64,000 nucleotides of DNA from Yuukianura sp. NJ FZ-2021 (Eukaryota), in contig CM102290.1 of assembly GCA_046563655.1 (NCBI GenBank), forward strand, positions 10,602,001-10,666,000, given 5' to 3'. Numbering within the stretch: the stretch's first letter is position 1; each line of letters begins with the position of its first letter. Below are positions 19,396 through 46,295 of this stretch, in pieces. A program made the translations under genes and the position numbers. Below the pieces are notes generated by a model, which had not been told where the DNA came from, did no database searches, and was given only the letters and a program-made list of their open reading frames with translations.

Positions 19396-22300
19396 TAATT
19401 CTGTTTACCATAATTTAACGTAGCATTCCTTCGATTGCATTCTTAATTTTTAGTTAAGTTAGCCAATATATTGCTATGGGCGAGGCAACTGATCCACTCT
19501 TTTTTCCACCCGAGAAATAAGTTATATAAAAACAATGCCAAGGATACCTTTCTGTCGGAATTTCTCTAACCAACGTGTTATACGCTGAACTTTGACCTCG
19601 CCGAATTCGTACTATTGCAGTCTAACCTAATACCTAAGCCAACTGGACGTGAAAAATTCAAGATTTCAAGTTGAAACCTACTCGTAGAAGTTCCCGTACT
19701 GCCATTTCCCCACCTCCCAACAACATTTTGCAATTCAGAGAGAACAGTCTACAAACCAACTGAAACAGAGATGTCACCCTGTCCACAATTTTCAAATTAC
19801 GGTCGTATGGGAGATAGAAGTTGTGTTGTACCTTACAGTACAAAACGGAAACATTCGACGGAATGTAATGCAAGAAAGAACGCACAGTAAACGCTGCGTT
19901 CAGAAACTTTCACCATGCAAGTTGTCCAGCTTTTCCAAAAAATATAATAAAAAGTTTACGAATGGATTAAATTTTTCCCTTGTTTAAAACCAACACTACT
20001 AGAAACACGGTTTTCAAACACCGCACCGCATTTTTACAAGCCAAACTCCAAATCCATGGAAAACTTTGGTGTAGTTTTCAAAGAAAAACGTTTTCGTATA
20101 TCTTCAGGCAAGTATGACTTTTGTGATAAATCCAACGTACACGGTAAAATTTTCGAAAAACCTAGATCCAAATTGCTATGATGTAGCTGGCTCATCAACC
20201 CGATTCGTTGAATCATGAACTTATTATGACGACTCATGTTGACCATCGTCTCCTATTGAGGTACACCGGTAATTCTTTTTTTTTAAAGTGAGACACACAA
20301 AACATGGAGACTGAATTGACGAATGAAAATGATCTTTTGAGCTACCGGTTTTACACTATATCGTCAAGTACCTACCATTGATGGATGGATTCTGTCATGT
20401 TCACAGTCGAGCTTCAACAAAAGCCGCATTCAAAAAACCTTTGTCAAATCAAAGTCCAAAGTCCTTTTCAATCGTTTTTTAGAATTTGTTAGGTGGGGGT
20501 GGGGCCGGTAGGATTCTAAAGGTGGGTGGATCCCTGTGCACGGTTAACAGTCGATTATGCCCCCTCTGTACGGTGGGGCTGAATAGACCATAAATAAGTA
20601 CTTGGGAATCAAATAAAATTGGGAAGATGGGAGCTTAACTTGCTGCTCTCACAATAGAAAAAGTTGGTTATAAAAGGCTTGTTATAAGCTGGGGAATTAG
20701 CTCCAACACCTTCCAAGTTCCCGAATGGACGGTGGAACTGCTGCTGAAGTCTCCGCAGTACTTTTCAATGATGATCAAAATGTTCCAAATGATCAAAGCT
20801 CACTTCATCTTGGATCTTTTGTGGGAAGGTTCTTTGGGTTTGTACAAAAGGCGTCATGATTAAGTGCCTAACAATGGTCTGCATTCTTCCTCTAGTCATC
20901 ATCTCCTCCCTTGGAACTGCAGGACACAAAACGGGGAACACGGTGGACCGTGGACCGTTCCCACGAATGACACAAGACGGAAGCAATGACTACGCCCCGC
21001 CTACTTAAAATCCCAAGTCCTTCAACAGCATTCACACCTTCCTAATCACTTCAGCTCATTATCACCCCACAATCAAAGCCGATTCACAAAACGCTGACGT
21101 CTAGCACATAGCTGCAGCCTAATGTAGCACATCACACCTGAAAACGTAGAAAATCCAGTAGGAAATCTTGTCCGAATGTCTAAAACCTAACTAAAACATT
21201 GGAAATGCTAAAAACGCACATGAAAAGAAAGCTAAATGCTAAATACAAGTATGTAACACTTCAAAAAATTGAAACTAACACGAAACCCAAGCCAAATCTG
21301 TGAAAAGCCATTCAATTTCTCGTCTGCAAATGCTTCTCAACTGATTTTTAAACTTTGATTAAACTTGTTTTTTGGTAAAAACGAAAAACTAATCAATATT
21401 TTAAGTAAATCCTATTATAATTCCAATTGGCATAGTTTGAAGTGTGTGACAAATCAAGTTTTGATTATAAATTCTGTACACGCTGACGACAAGTGCACTT
21501 GACTCTGAATTTATTTTCTTCTGGATTCGGATTTTCCAGTTGAGGAAAGTGAGTTCAGTACTACAGTTAGAAAGTGGGTTTGAAAATGCTTTCTGCACTT
21601 CAACCCCTTTTGGATCTTCCTTCCAGGAAGTTGGATATGGATTCGATTCTGCTGCAGCAGACAGACGACGCAATTTCTTCCCTCCCATTTCATTTTCAAA
21701 CTATCGATCTGCCGCTGGAAAGCTTTAGAGAAACCTCCTCCCAAAACTTTCTTTTTACCAACAAAAATTTCCCTTTTCAACAAATTTGTACCAGCATAGC
21801 AGGGAATCGACAGGAAAGTTTTCAAATTACTTTATAAAAATAAAACTGCAAGTACCACAAAATTTTTTTTAAAGTTGAGATAGGTTTTGGAGCTTTGCAA
21901 CTTCAACAAAGGATTGTGAGGGACAGAGGTCATGTTAGGTCAAATGCGTCAAAAAATGCACTAGATCGGATAATCTTTAGGTAGACAACGTTGGATTAGG
22001 TTAGGTAGGCCAAGCTAAGGCTAGGTAGCTATGAAACGTGATACTTTTTCAACCTACTGTCAATGATGTTGATGTTTGTAACTTGATACTCCGTTGTGAC
22101 ACTTCGTCTTTTTCAGCTCAAGTGTTGAGCTTGAAAAGTTCTGGAAGGTCAAATCAAATTCAAAAGAAAACAGACTTTATGTACGTCCCGCGAAATTTAA
22201 TCCAAACCCACACACTTTTTTTGAGTCAGCACTTCTTTCAAAAGATGTTTTAAAAAAATGAACTTTTTAAAAAAGATCTAAACTCGCCATCCCACCTTTA

Positions 22301-25199
22301 CAAAAAAAAATAGCTTTTTTTGGCAAAGAAAACTTCTTTTGAATGTCATCCTTAGCACACTTCCTTACAAATTTGAAATCCTGCATGTCATATTTCCATT
22401 TTTGTAAACAAAAAAAAAAATAGTGGAGAAACTCTATTTGGGTGTATTTCAACCGCTCGTACAAAAAAAAAAAATTAGAAGTAAAAACAGAAACAACGGA
22501 AAACAAAGTTTCAGAAAACGAAGAATCTGTTTTTCACATTTTTTAAAGTTTCTGAATTTCCCAGTCTAGTCCCGTCATTCGGAAAAAAATTAGAAAGTCA
22601 GAAAAAAACGACAAAAACACAGAAACAAAAATAAAACCGAAAATGAGCCAGTCAAAAAATTACAATAGCTGCTTCAATTCATCTTAACAAATTTCTATTT
22701 TAGTAAAGCTAACAACTTAGGGTAATTCTACACAGGCTAATTGTGGACTCCAGGAAAGTATGGAGACATGGCATAACTAGACGGAGACTGATTTGAAAAT
22801 TCCCTCTTCGCAGAAAACAAGTTTTGTTAGGTTAGTTTTTGGTTGTTGAATAATTGTTCCCATTGTACTTGCAGAGTATGATGAGAGGGGTATCGGACAT
22901 TCAAAACAACCGCTGCTTTTGGTCGTCAATGGAGTGGGCCCTTCGTAATTGACAAAGGGTGCGTAAGTCCCTTTGGGAAAGTGTACTTGGGACCCTTGGA
23001 AATGGACTCAACAATGCCAAGGCTCTTCATCTCCCATTGTTTGACAGAATTTGGCAGATCAGAACAACAATGGAGATGCTTCACCAATTTTCCACCTGGA
23101 ACATAACCTAACCAGGTCTAGCCTAACTAAAGCCCCAAACATAACCCCATTTTTCTCCTGAAACTGAGCCTAACTTAGGCTAAAATCTTAGCCGTAACCT
23201 AATGCAGTGGACTTTCATAACCTGATGACCTTAACCTCTTGTCCGCAAACTCATACCTTAGAACGCTAGTCTGAACTTGTCTAATTTTTTGAAATTTTGA
23301 AAATTCTCTTTTTTCAATCGCATGTTCAAATTGGATTTTGGACGTTTCGTGCCTAATGGTCTGCGTAGCAGTGGCCTTCCGGTGTAACCCTAGTTGTGTC
23401 CACGCAATTCGTTCAAACCATTACAGAAATAGGGCAGTCCAGTTCCATCCATATCCCTTCGTCATACTTTCTCCAAAAATATTCACTTTGAAAATAAGCG
23501 CGTTTTTTCAAAAAATTCGGGAAACCTTTCTCTGCTTCATGTTCCATTCCAAATCCAATTCTACAAAAAATCACGACATTTCGTATAGTATCTCCTATAG
23601 ATATTTCCGACTTACACCGATTCATACTTTCTCCGCATCAACTTTCACCAAATCCAAATATAGATACTCACAAAAAGTTAATCACAATGATATGCTTCGT
23701 AAGTACAGATTCGGATTAGGTTAGTTAAACATTAGGCTTTAAAGTTATGCTACCAGGCATTAACTTTTGGATCCTCTTCTAATTAACCCAACTTTTCGAA
23801 CAACTCTGTACATATTAGAAAGCGGTAGACGAGACATGACAGGGAGAAAGTCACTCACTGACAAATGCATTGAAAGTGGTCTCAAACAGATCTCCCTTTT
23901 CCTAGGAATAGTCAGACACGCAAAGTCAGCGGTTCCAATTGAAGTGGTTTTCTGATCCAACGGAAGTGCATCAGAGTTCCATTAAGGGCCTCATCCTTCC
24001 GGGGTCTCGCTTCAACTTTTCGAAGTGACCTCGATGACCCCTAACCTCAGTAAAGCTTAGACTAGCGCAAGTCTTAACGTAAACGTAGCATTAACCCTAA
24101 CCTAAACCTCAACAAAAAGATGTCTTCAGTATCAGTTTCCTGAATCTCGGCTAGAGTGTATGGGTCGATGAATTTCGAGCGGGAGAGTCGCTTCCAGTTA
24201 GGTTGATTAGGTGTGTTAGGTTATCATATCCCAAATGTCACATTCTCTTTCCTTGAAAAGTGATAACAACTTTTCAAAATCTTAAAAAAACATTAAAAAA
24301 AACTTGAAATTTTGTTTTGTTTCGAAAACCTCTCCAGTCGGCGTCTTTACCTTTGACTGTGAGTATTGAATTTCAGTTTTTGTGGGAGGCCTTGTCCATG
24401 TCCACTGAATACAAATTTTTGGTTAGAAAAGTGTCATCGAAGCTGTGCATGCGCAAGTGACACTCAACGTCTTAGACAAAACTGAACCAAAAAAAAAGAA
24501 AAAAAGAAAACAGGTTTGGATTTTTCTTTTTCTGAGAACATGATCTTTTTCATCTGTAAATTATTACAAATTTTCCACTTTTCCAATCATTAGACCCCAC
24601 ACCACGCATCGCTTTTTTTTAAATTTCACGCCTCTCAAATCCCAATTATCCCTCCCGTTTCCCACCATTTTGTTTAACTTAAACGCTTCCCTGTAACAAT
24701 GAACCGCGATTTTTAAAATTTGAATAATTTAATTCTCAAAAATTTTGGAAAGGCGGTAATGAGCCTCCATTGTCACTCTTCTTAATAAAAACACGGCGGC
24801 AACCGTAGTTTATTGTCTCCGAAGGAACAAATCACAGCTCAACGAAGCGCGAACATTTGAATTTCTTGTAATTTCGGTTGGGAACTATTAGTCTAATGAT
24901 GTATTTCTTGTTCGTGTTCGACTTCCCACATTCTTAGTCTTTCCCTATGCTATGTCTTGGAAAGAGAGATGACAAAGTTAGGTTTTGGGTGGGAACGGGG
25001 GGCTCGACGGGGGCGGGGGATGGCTTTTTGTTTCGGATCCTCCATTGTGTTGGGCTGATGAAATGGTAACAAAAGGTTCGCTTCCTCACGGTGGGACTGG
25101 TGGGGCTATGGTTAGGTTTTAACATTAGGATGTGATGATGAAGCCAGACTGTTCTTGGAGGAATGGAAGGCTTTTTTGGCCTCCGAGAACTCGGCTCGT

Positions 25200-25213
25200 C
25201 ATTGAAGCGTGAG
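25200..25213 (-). promoter_or_regulatory. Candidate Pax6 paired-domain binding site upstream of toy
   Basis: Minus strand reads CTCACGCTTCAATG, one mismatch to the Pax6 paired-domain consensus TTCACGCWTSANTK; lies in a GC-richer island with a GC box (CTCCGCCC, ~25248). Confidence 0.4.
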
Positions 25214-25574
25214 TAAGTGAGGAGGACGGCCCACGAAGCCACCTAGGCTCCGCCCAGCTGAAGCCAGTCTACAGCATATGGGCAGCCATCTCCCTCTCAC
25301 AGCCGCCAAACCCCATTTCAAACTTCCTTCCGAGACAAAAAGAAAAGGACGAAAGCGATCAATTTCATGCTTTCTCCTTCCCACGGCCCACCGCACCCAG
25401 CAGCTCCTAGCTTCTGCTCCCTTCTGGAGTCTAGCCGAGCTGCCCAACAAGAAAAATCTGCTTTCACCAGAACAAGGCTAGCCTTTTCACTATCCACAAA
25501 CCTAAAACTTTCACCAAAATTACATAGAACCTTCGACTATCCTTCCCAGGGTTATAGCTAACCAGCTCTCAGTA

Positions 25575-25900
25575 CGTAAGGTCTAACAAGCTAAGCTTGA
25601 GTCAATGACTGGCAAGCGGGGTTAACTATCGTCCATTGAGGTTTAACAGCTAGCTATGGTCTAACAAGCTATGGCCAGCTATCGCAAGGCAAGCTAGGGT
25701 TAACTACTGTCCATCAAGATGGAGTTAACCGTCGTCTAGCAAAGGGATGGTCTAACTAGCTATGGTAGGATATCATGCGACAAGCTGGAGCACGTAACGC
25801 ATAGTTCTAGCATGTCATGGTTTGCGATCGCTGACCATGCTCGGACTAGCTATGGTCTAACAAGTTGTGTCTACCATGATCCAGCTGGGGTTTACAAGCC
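25575..25900. repeat. Degenerate minisatellite, about 4 units of 78-105 bp
   Basis: GGTCTAAC(A/T)AG at about 25580, 25658, 25749, 25854, with GCAAGC..GGGTTAACTA..GTCCAT shared by the first two units. Confidence 0.6.
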
Positions 25901-28900
25901 AGAGCTAGAAACTAGCACGGTTTCTAACATACTAACAAAAACTCAGGTTAGTTGCGAACTAGCACTGAAAATGTTAGTTCTTTGTACTAACTGTGCGTTA
26001 TAACAGGCCATGTCGTTTAAGCCAACTTCGTTGTAGTTGAGCGTTGAGCCTCTAAAGCGATGATCGAACTAGGTTAGCCTATGCATGTGCTCGCAGCTGG
26101 AAATTTTGTGCTAAAAAAAACTTTTTTTTAGATGAAACTTTCTCCTCCATTCCACCATGATGAGGAACGCCACACGCAAATGGCCTTAATCGAATTTGCG
26201 GTTTAATTAACTCCCATCATCACCAACGATCCATTTGAGGCCCCACCGAAAAGCTCCAGACAGAGCCACCGCCAGCACAGCCCCTCCACCGTCATCACAG
26301 TCTATCCCCTCCCACGCACCACTACTACCACCCTCATTAAAAAGTTTACAAACTTCTGACAACTGTATTGCAAATAACATGCGCTTTCAAAATGAACTTT
26401 TACTTTTTGTTATGCTCAAAAGTTTAGCCAAAATGCAACAGCACCAGTGCAGCACACCGGAATCCATTACGCTCCAGAAATCATTCACATACCAAAATAT
26501 ACTACAGTTACATAACTTAAAATATTTCGAAAAACGAAAATCCACACAGAAAACTCAAAATTTTGGCGTCCAACTACTATTTTTTCAACTTTTCACAACT
26601 TGAGATTCGAAAACCGATCAAGCTTCAAGCAGTAGCACGAGAAATTTCCGGAGTGAGGCCTCAGGACGGTTTTTGATTGTTCAGAAAATCATTAGAATTT
26701 TGGTGAAAGTAGAAGCATTATTTTTTCAACACGGCAGTTTCGAGCAGTCCAAAAACTTTTTCTTGCTCAAATTGCTGCGGATCGTGTTCGAAAAGTTTGT
26801 GAAGCGAAGAAATTGGTTAGTGCCGTAAAGATGAATCTTAAGCGGTTTTTGGCAATAGATTGGGCGTGAAGTGCTAAAGCATGAGGTTTTCGAGACTCCT
26901 GTCGTCAAACTTTTTTTCGCTCGCTTCTGCTCATAGCTCCTCGCCGCAGCAAATGCTCTCTGTTCAAACAGTTTCTTTTGCGAAGCGGGGGGATTTGAAA
27001 AGTTTTGGGTGGTGGTGAGGCTATGCTCGTGTCACGGAATGGAGGCTGGGCCACTGCTCCCCCCACCGCCTCAAATTCGACAAGATTGTTGAGCCAATGC
27101 GCTTTGAGCCTGAAGTGGCTTTTGGGGCCTCCGAAAAAGCCGAATCTCCCTGCCCCACTGCTTCCTTCCACTTCCTTGAACTTCCCTCCAAAAAAGGTGA
27201 TGGAGCTTCCCTATCTCGGAACTTAGGCAGGCCTCAGCAGCTTCAAAATATACGGATGAGTGTTACCAGAAAAACCGTTCAGTGCACACGGTGCCGTGAA
27301 ACGGACCATAAACATTTCCAGAACCCACAAACTTTCTATTAGGACCCACTCAAAGGACACCCGAGCCCTCCAACCATCAATTCGCCGCCATTTTCCAGTT
27401 AAAGTGAAAAACCAAAGTCAGTTCCTCACGCCTACGAAATTGGCAGACTCCAAAATTTTAAAAAGAAACGGAATTTAAAAAGGTTCAGGTTTTGTCAAAT
27501 GTGATTTTAAGAGTGAGAAAAGTGCAGTGAAAGTCGACCAAGGAAGTTAGTTCCACGTCGTTAGTTCAGGAATTGAACGGGAATAAAGGTACGAACTGCC
27601 TAACCGGAAATAACCTAACCGTACATGTAACAAAACAACAGAGAATACCCTAACCGAACATACTTTAACCGAAATAACAGAATGTAAACTTTAGTTCATT
27701 ACGCTTCCGGAATCAATTGGGTCCATTTCATGCTCGACAGTGCATAAGAGATTAACGTGAAATGAGGTTAACTTAAATTTTGGATTTTTGGAAGTAAAGG
27801 ATTGAAGTGGAAGCGTTTTGAATGAAAACAAAGTGAAAACATTTTTGTTAGTGAAAATTTGTTGTTCAAATAAGCCTTTTTCTAAACGTGAATACAGAAG
27901 CAAGTGAAAGTGAAGAATGGTGGGAGGTGATAAATTTTGAAAATTTCATTTTCCTGATTTTGTTTTGTTGATTTTTGAAATACAATTCCAGTTGAAAGAA
28001 CAATGTTTGAAATACGGGATCCTTTTTTGATATTTTTGGTAAACAGAGGGATGAGGGCGGACAGAGGACAGAAAACAAACAGTTTCCAAAATCAAACCAA
28101 CCCCTTTTCTAAACAATATCATTACTATAAACTTTTTAAATTATACCGCCAACACTTCTTTTAACTTATTGTTAGAAATTTTCTAAAACCCAGTTTTTTG
28201 AAATATTTTCAAAAACCGGGTAAGAAATCACTAAATTGTTTCAAGGAAAATTGTCACGAAAAATGTTTTAAAAGTATTTTCAGAGTTTAGCCAAATTTCC
28301 AATGTTTATCCAACTTTCAACGAAATTTGTCCACCAAAATGTGTATCTTGGTTGGATTTTGTTTTAAAAGAATCAAACTTTTGTCAAACTGAAACTCATT
28401 TTTAAAAATCTCACCTAAATTTACCCAGATTTCCTGCAAACTTTCACCAAGTTTTGTCTAAATCCCATTGAAAATTGCTTTTCGTCTACTGGACACACAA
28501 ACTTTTTCTTGAAATCTCACACAAAACCTTAAAAATTTTTCCTCAAATCGCCAAACGTAAGTTTTAACTTTCACTGGGTTTTCACTTTTCGAATTTTTGG
28601 CATATCTGATTCTACATTTTCACTGCAATTTGTACAAATTTCACTGTTAGAATTTTTCCTAAATCTGTTTTCAAACTTTTACTTCGTTTTGTACCTATTT
28701 CACTTTTAGTCAAATCTGTTTCCAAACTTTCACCGACAAATCAAAAATTTAAATTTCATGAAAATTTAAAACCGCTTGGCGAGATGTGACTTGACAATCG
28801 TTTGATCTTGTGCTATTGTTCTCGTTTCAATTGTGTCAACCAGTCTGTCGTAGGTAAAAGAGCTGTCCTGGGTTGCCCCGTGGGGTGAGTGAACAATAAG

Positions 28901-29731
28901 GCGGGGATGACGGGGCAGAAAGTGGGTGGGTGACCTGGCACGTGCCCTCCGGAATTCGTGTCACTGATGAGGGGATGATGGGTCACTGCCCATTGTTCTC
29001 CGCTGACTTTAGCCCCATCATCATCCCCTGTCATCGTCACTCTCTCGACCCACCAGTCACTCTCCTCAAGTCATTCTCAAGGTTCAAATGTCACAATCCA
29101 ACTGTCACACGTCACATATTGTCACTCCAACTGTCTTATCATTTCATGAAACGTTTTAAACCACTTGCACAAGCATGGACAGTCTTTTTTCAAAATTTGA
29201 TATGAAACGCAGAGTCATTTTTCCAAAAAACTATCTCCCATTTATAAATATCTCTCATAATAACGATTTCATGGTTTACGAAATTTCAAAACAACTTCAA
29301 ATAGGGCAAAATCTTGATAAATTCTTGGCACTTTTATGAATTTGTGAAGAAATCTTAAAAGTTATAAAGATCTTCCCGAAACCGAAGTCAGAAATATTTA
29401 AGAAATACAAAAACTTTGAGAAAATTTGTCAAGAGCGATTCGCATGCATTTATGGTGTAAATTGGACAAAGTTGCAATTTTTTAGACAAATTCAACTTAT
29501 GCAACCTTGTCAAAAAATCTGTGTAATAAAATTCAAAATTATGAATTTGCTGCGTGGTGCTAAATGTCTTTGGTCATTTGTTGCAATGAGCTACTTGCTT
29601 CCAATAAAATCTAAACTTTTTATATTCTAGCTTAACACCCCTTTGACCTGTGACCTGTCAAGGTCGTCGAGGTCATCAACTTCATCGTGGCGCATTGTAA
29701 AATTCAGCACCCGCTGGGAGCCGTGCCCGAA

Positions 29732-44073
<14,342 letters not shown>

Positions 44074-46295
44074 CCGAGTTCCGGATAACACATGAGGGCA
44101 CTCCTACAAGCCATCGAGGTCAATGACCTTTGACCTCCAGTGGCCATCACCAGGTTACTACTTCCTCCAAGCGTCTGCGTAGTGTTTAAGCCCACTTTTC
44201 ATTATATCCACTCCTCTTGGATACTTTCTCTACAAAAATAATTTATTTGTGCAATAACGTCAAAACGAAAAAAAAAAGCAGGGGCACTGTCACAGGGGCA
44301 GGAAAAAATCCGAACGAAAACGTCATGTTTTCAACTCAATCATGAAATCTCGTATACAGAACACCAACCTTACATAAATAAGTTAAGGTTACCGAAAACA
44401 CCAATTACATAGTGTTAACTGACAGAGTTAAAATTAGGATTTTGTACAAAGTTAAAAAAAAAAGGGGTCACAGGGTCAACCTAATTTTTGCTATAAAAAA
44501 CACAAGAAGAATCACAACCAATTTCCCTTTAAAAACACTTCGACGTTACTTTAAAAATTGATGAAGGGAAGACTGAAACTAATCTTGAAAAATTTAGTAA
44601 GAAAAATTGTCGGGCTGAGCGTAAAATTTCAGCTGTCAATCCAAAAAAAAAGTTTTAAAAAATCACTTTGTTAGCAAAATGAGTACCAGTTCATCTCACC
44701 GGTTTTTGGCAATTTTTTTAAAGTTTGGAAAGCGAACAATAAGTGTATGCTTTTACGCTCAACCCCTCCAATTTAACAAAATATGTTAACGTTTGATTTG
44801 TATTATCAGATCTGTAATCTGTATAGAAAGTTTAGGCTATTCCAAGGAGTAGCTCGTCCTCGACACTCAAACAAAACCAATCAGTATTAATTAAAACCAA
44901 GTTATAGAAATTACCGTCAATCTCTCCAAAAAGAAATTTCCTCATTTCAGCTTACAATGTTTACCGACAAAAGTTGAAACAAGCAACAGCAGGAAAGTAG
45001 TAGAGTACAAAACTTAAGTATAAAACTTAAAGCTTAAAATTAAAGTATAAAACCGAACCAAAACAGAAAAACAACGTCAAAAACATATTTACCGACGACC
45101 CAAAAACATTTACCGCATATGTACATGTCCACAACATGTCACAACACAACAAAAAAAAAACACCATACAGAACAACTCGGGAGTAGAAACGAAAGCATCA
45201 CACAACTTCAAATTTGCAAAATGCTAAGCATACGACTATCGACATAGTCTGAAACATATAAAGTAGAACACATCAATACGACATTGAAACATGGTACAAC
45301 ACAATACACAATTGAAACATACAACAATGAAAACTGGAAACAAAACGAATACAACAACCAACTTCAAATACTGGCATAAATTACTACAAACCATACGATA
45401 GATATAGAACATTTGGAAATGTAACTAACAAAAGTCACTGAATGTAGTACCGAAAACCAAACATAGCAAAAACCGAAACATACAACATAACAACATTCCT
45501 CTGGAAAACATGAAAACGAAATCTCAACACCCAAAAGCTTTTGAAATTCAGAATCCTCAAATTTCACACTTTTTAAATTAAAAACTGAAAAAAGTACCTG
45601 TCAACACCGAAAGCGAACATTGTCCAGCAAAGGCCATTGAAATTGGTCCATACTTTCGACGACTGCATACTGCTTCTAAAAATTTCCAGATGAGTTGGTC
45701 ACCTTGAGCGAATCGCACAAAGTTCTGCTGAGCCTTTAATGAGTGTCCCTACGTGGTCTGGAGCCTAAAACATTATTTTCGGTTTTTTCGGATTCAGTGA
45801 ACCACCGAACCACCACCACCCTCTGGTTGAGTAACTCTTTCAATCAAACCGATTCAAAGAGAATTCCTAATCCACAATCCCTCTCCCATTGTAATTCCTG
45901 TATCAAATGACCCATAAAAAACCACCAAAAGAAACTCCTTTCATTGTTACTTCATTGGCAAGGGGTCACGCCCCCTCCATTCAACACAAAGCCTGGCGGC
46001 ACTTTTCAAAACCGAAACCGCGCCATTGTTCTCTTCCTTCCATCAGTTAAAAATCTGACTCCAAATTGTCTCAAATTGACGTTTCAAAAAATATGAAAAT
46101 CAAAATCCACAAAATCCAAAAATTTCAACAACGGTATCAAAATCTATTAAATTTCAACAAAGGTGTACCGTGCCACCTCTTCTTTTATTTCTTGCTCAAA
46201 CAAAACAGAATCCAAAAATCCCATTAGCAGTCTTGAGGCCTGAAAAAGTCGTCTGAACACAATAAATGTTGCATTTGTCATTATAGCGCAGAAAC

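Noticed and set aside
26132..26205. AG-ATG ORF (MKLSPPFHHDEERH..) as a toy first exon
   Set aside because: Stops after 24 codons without a convincing donor; the MPHK exon at 29732 fits phase and family N-terminus better.
45000..45540. A/C-rich tract downstream of toy
   Set aside because: Looks like ordinary strand-biased 3' UTR or intergenic low complexity with no definable unit.
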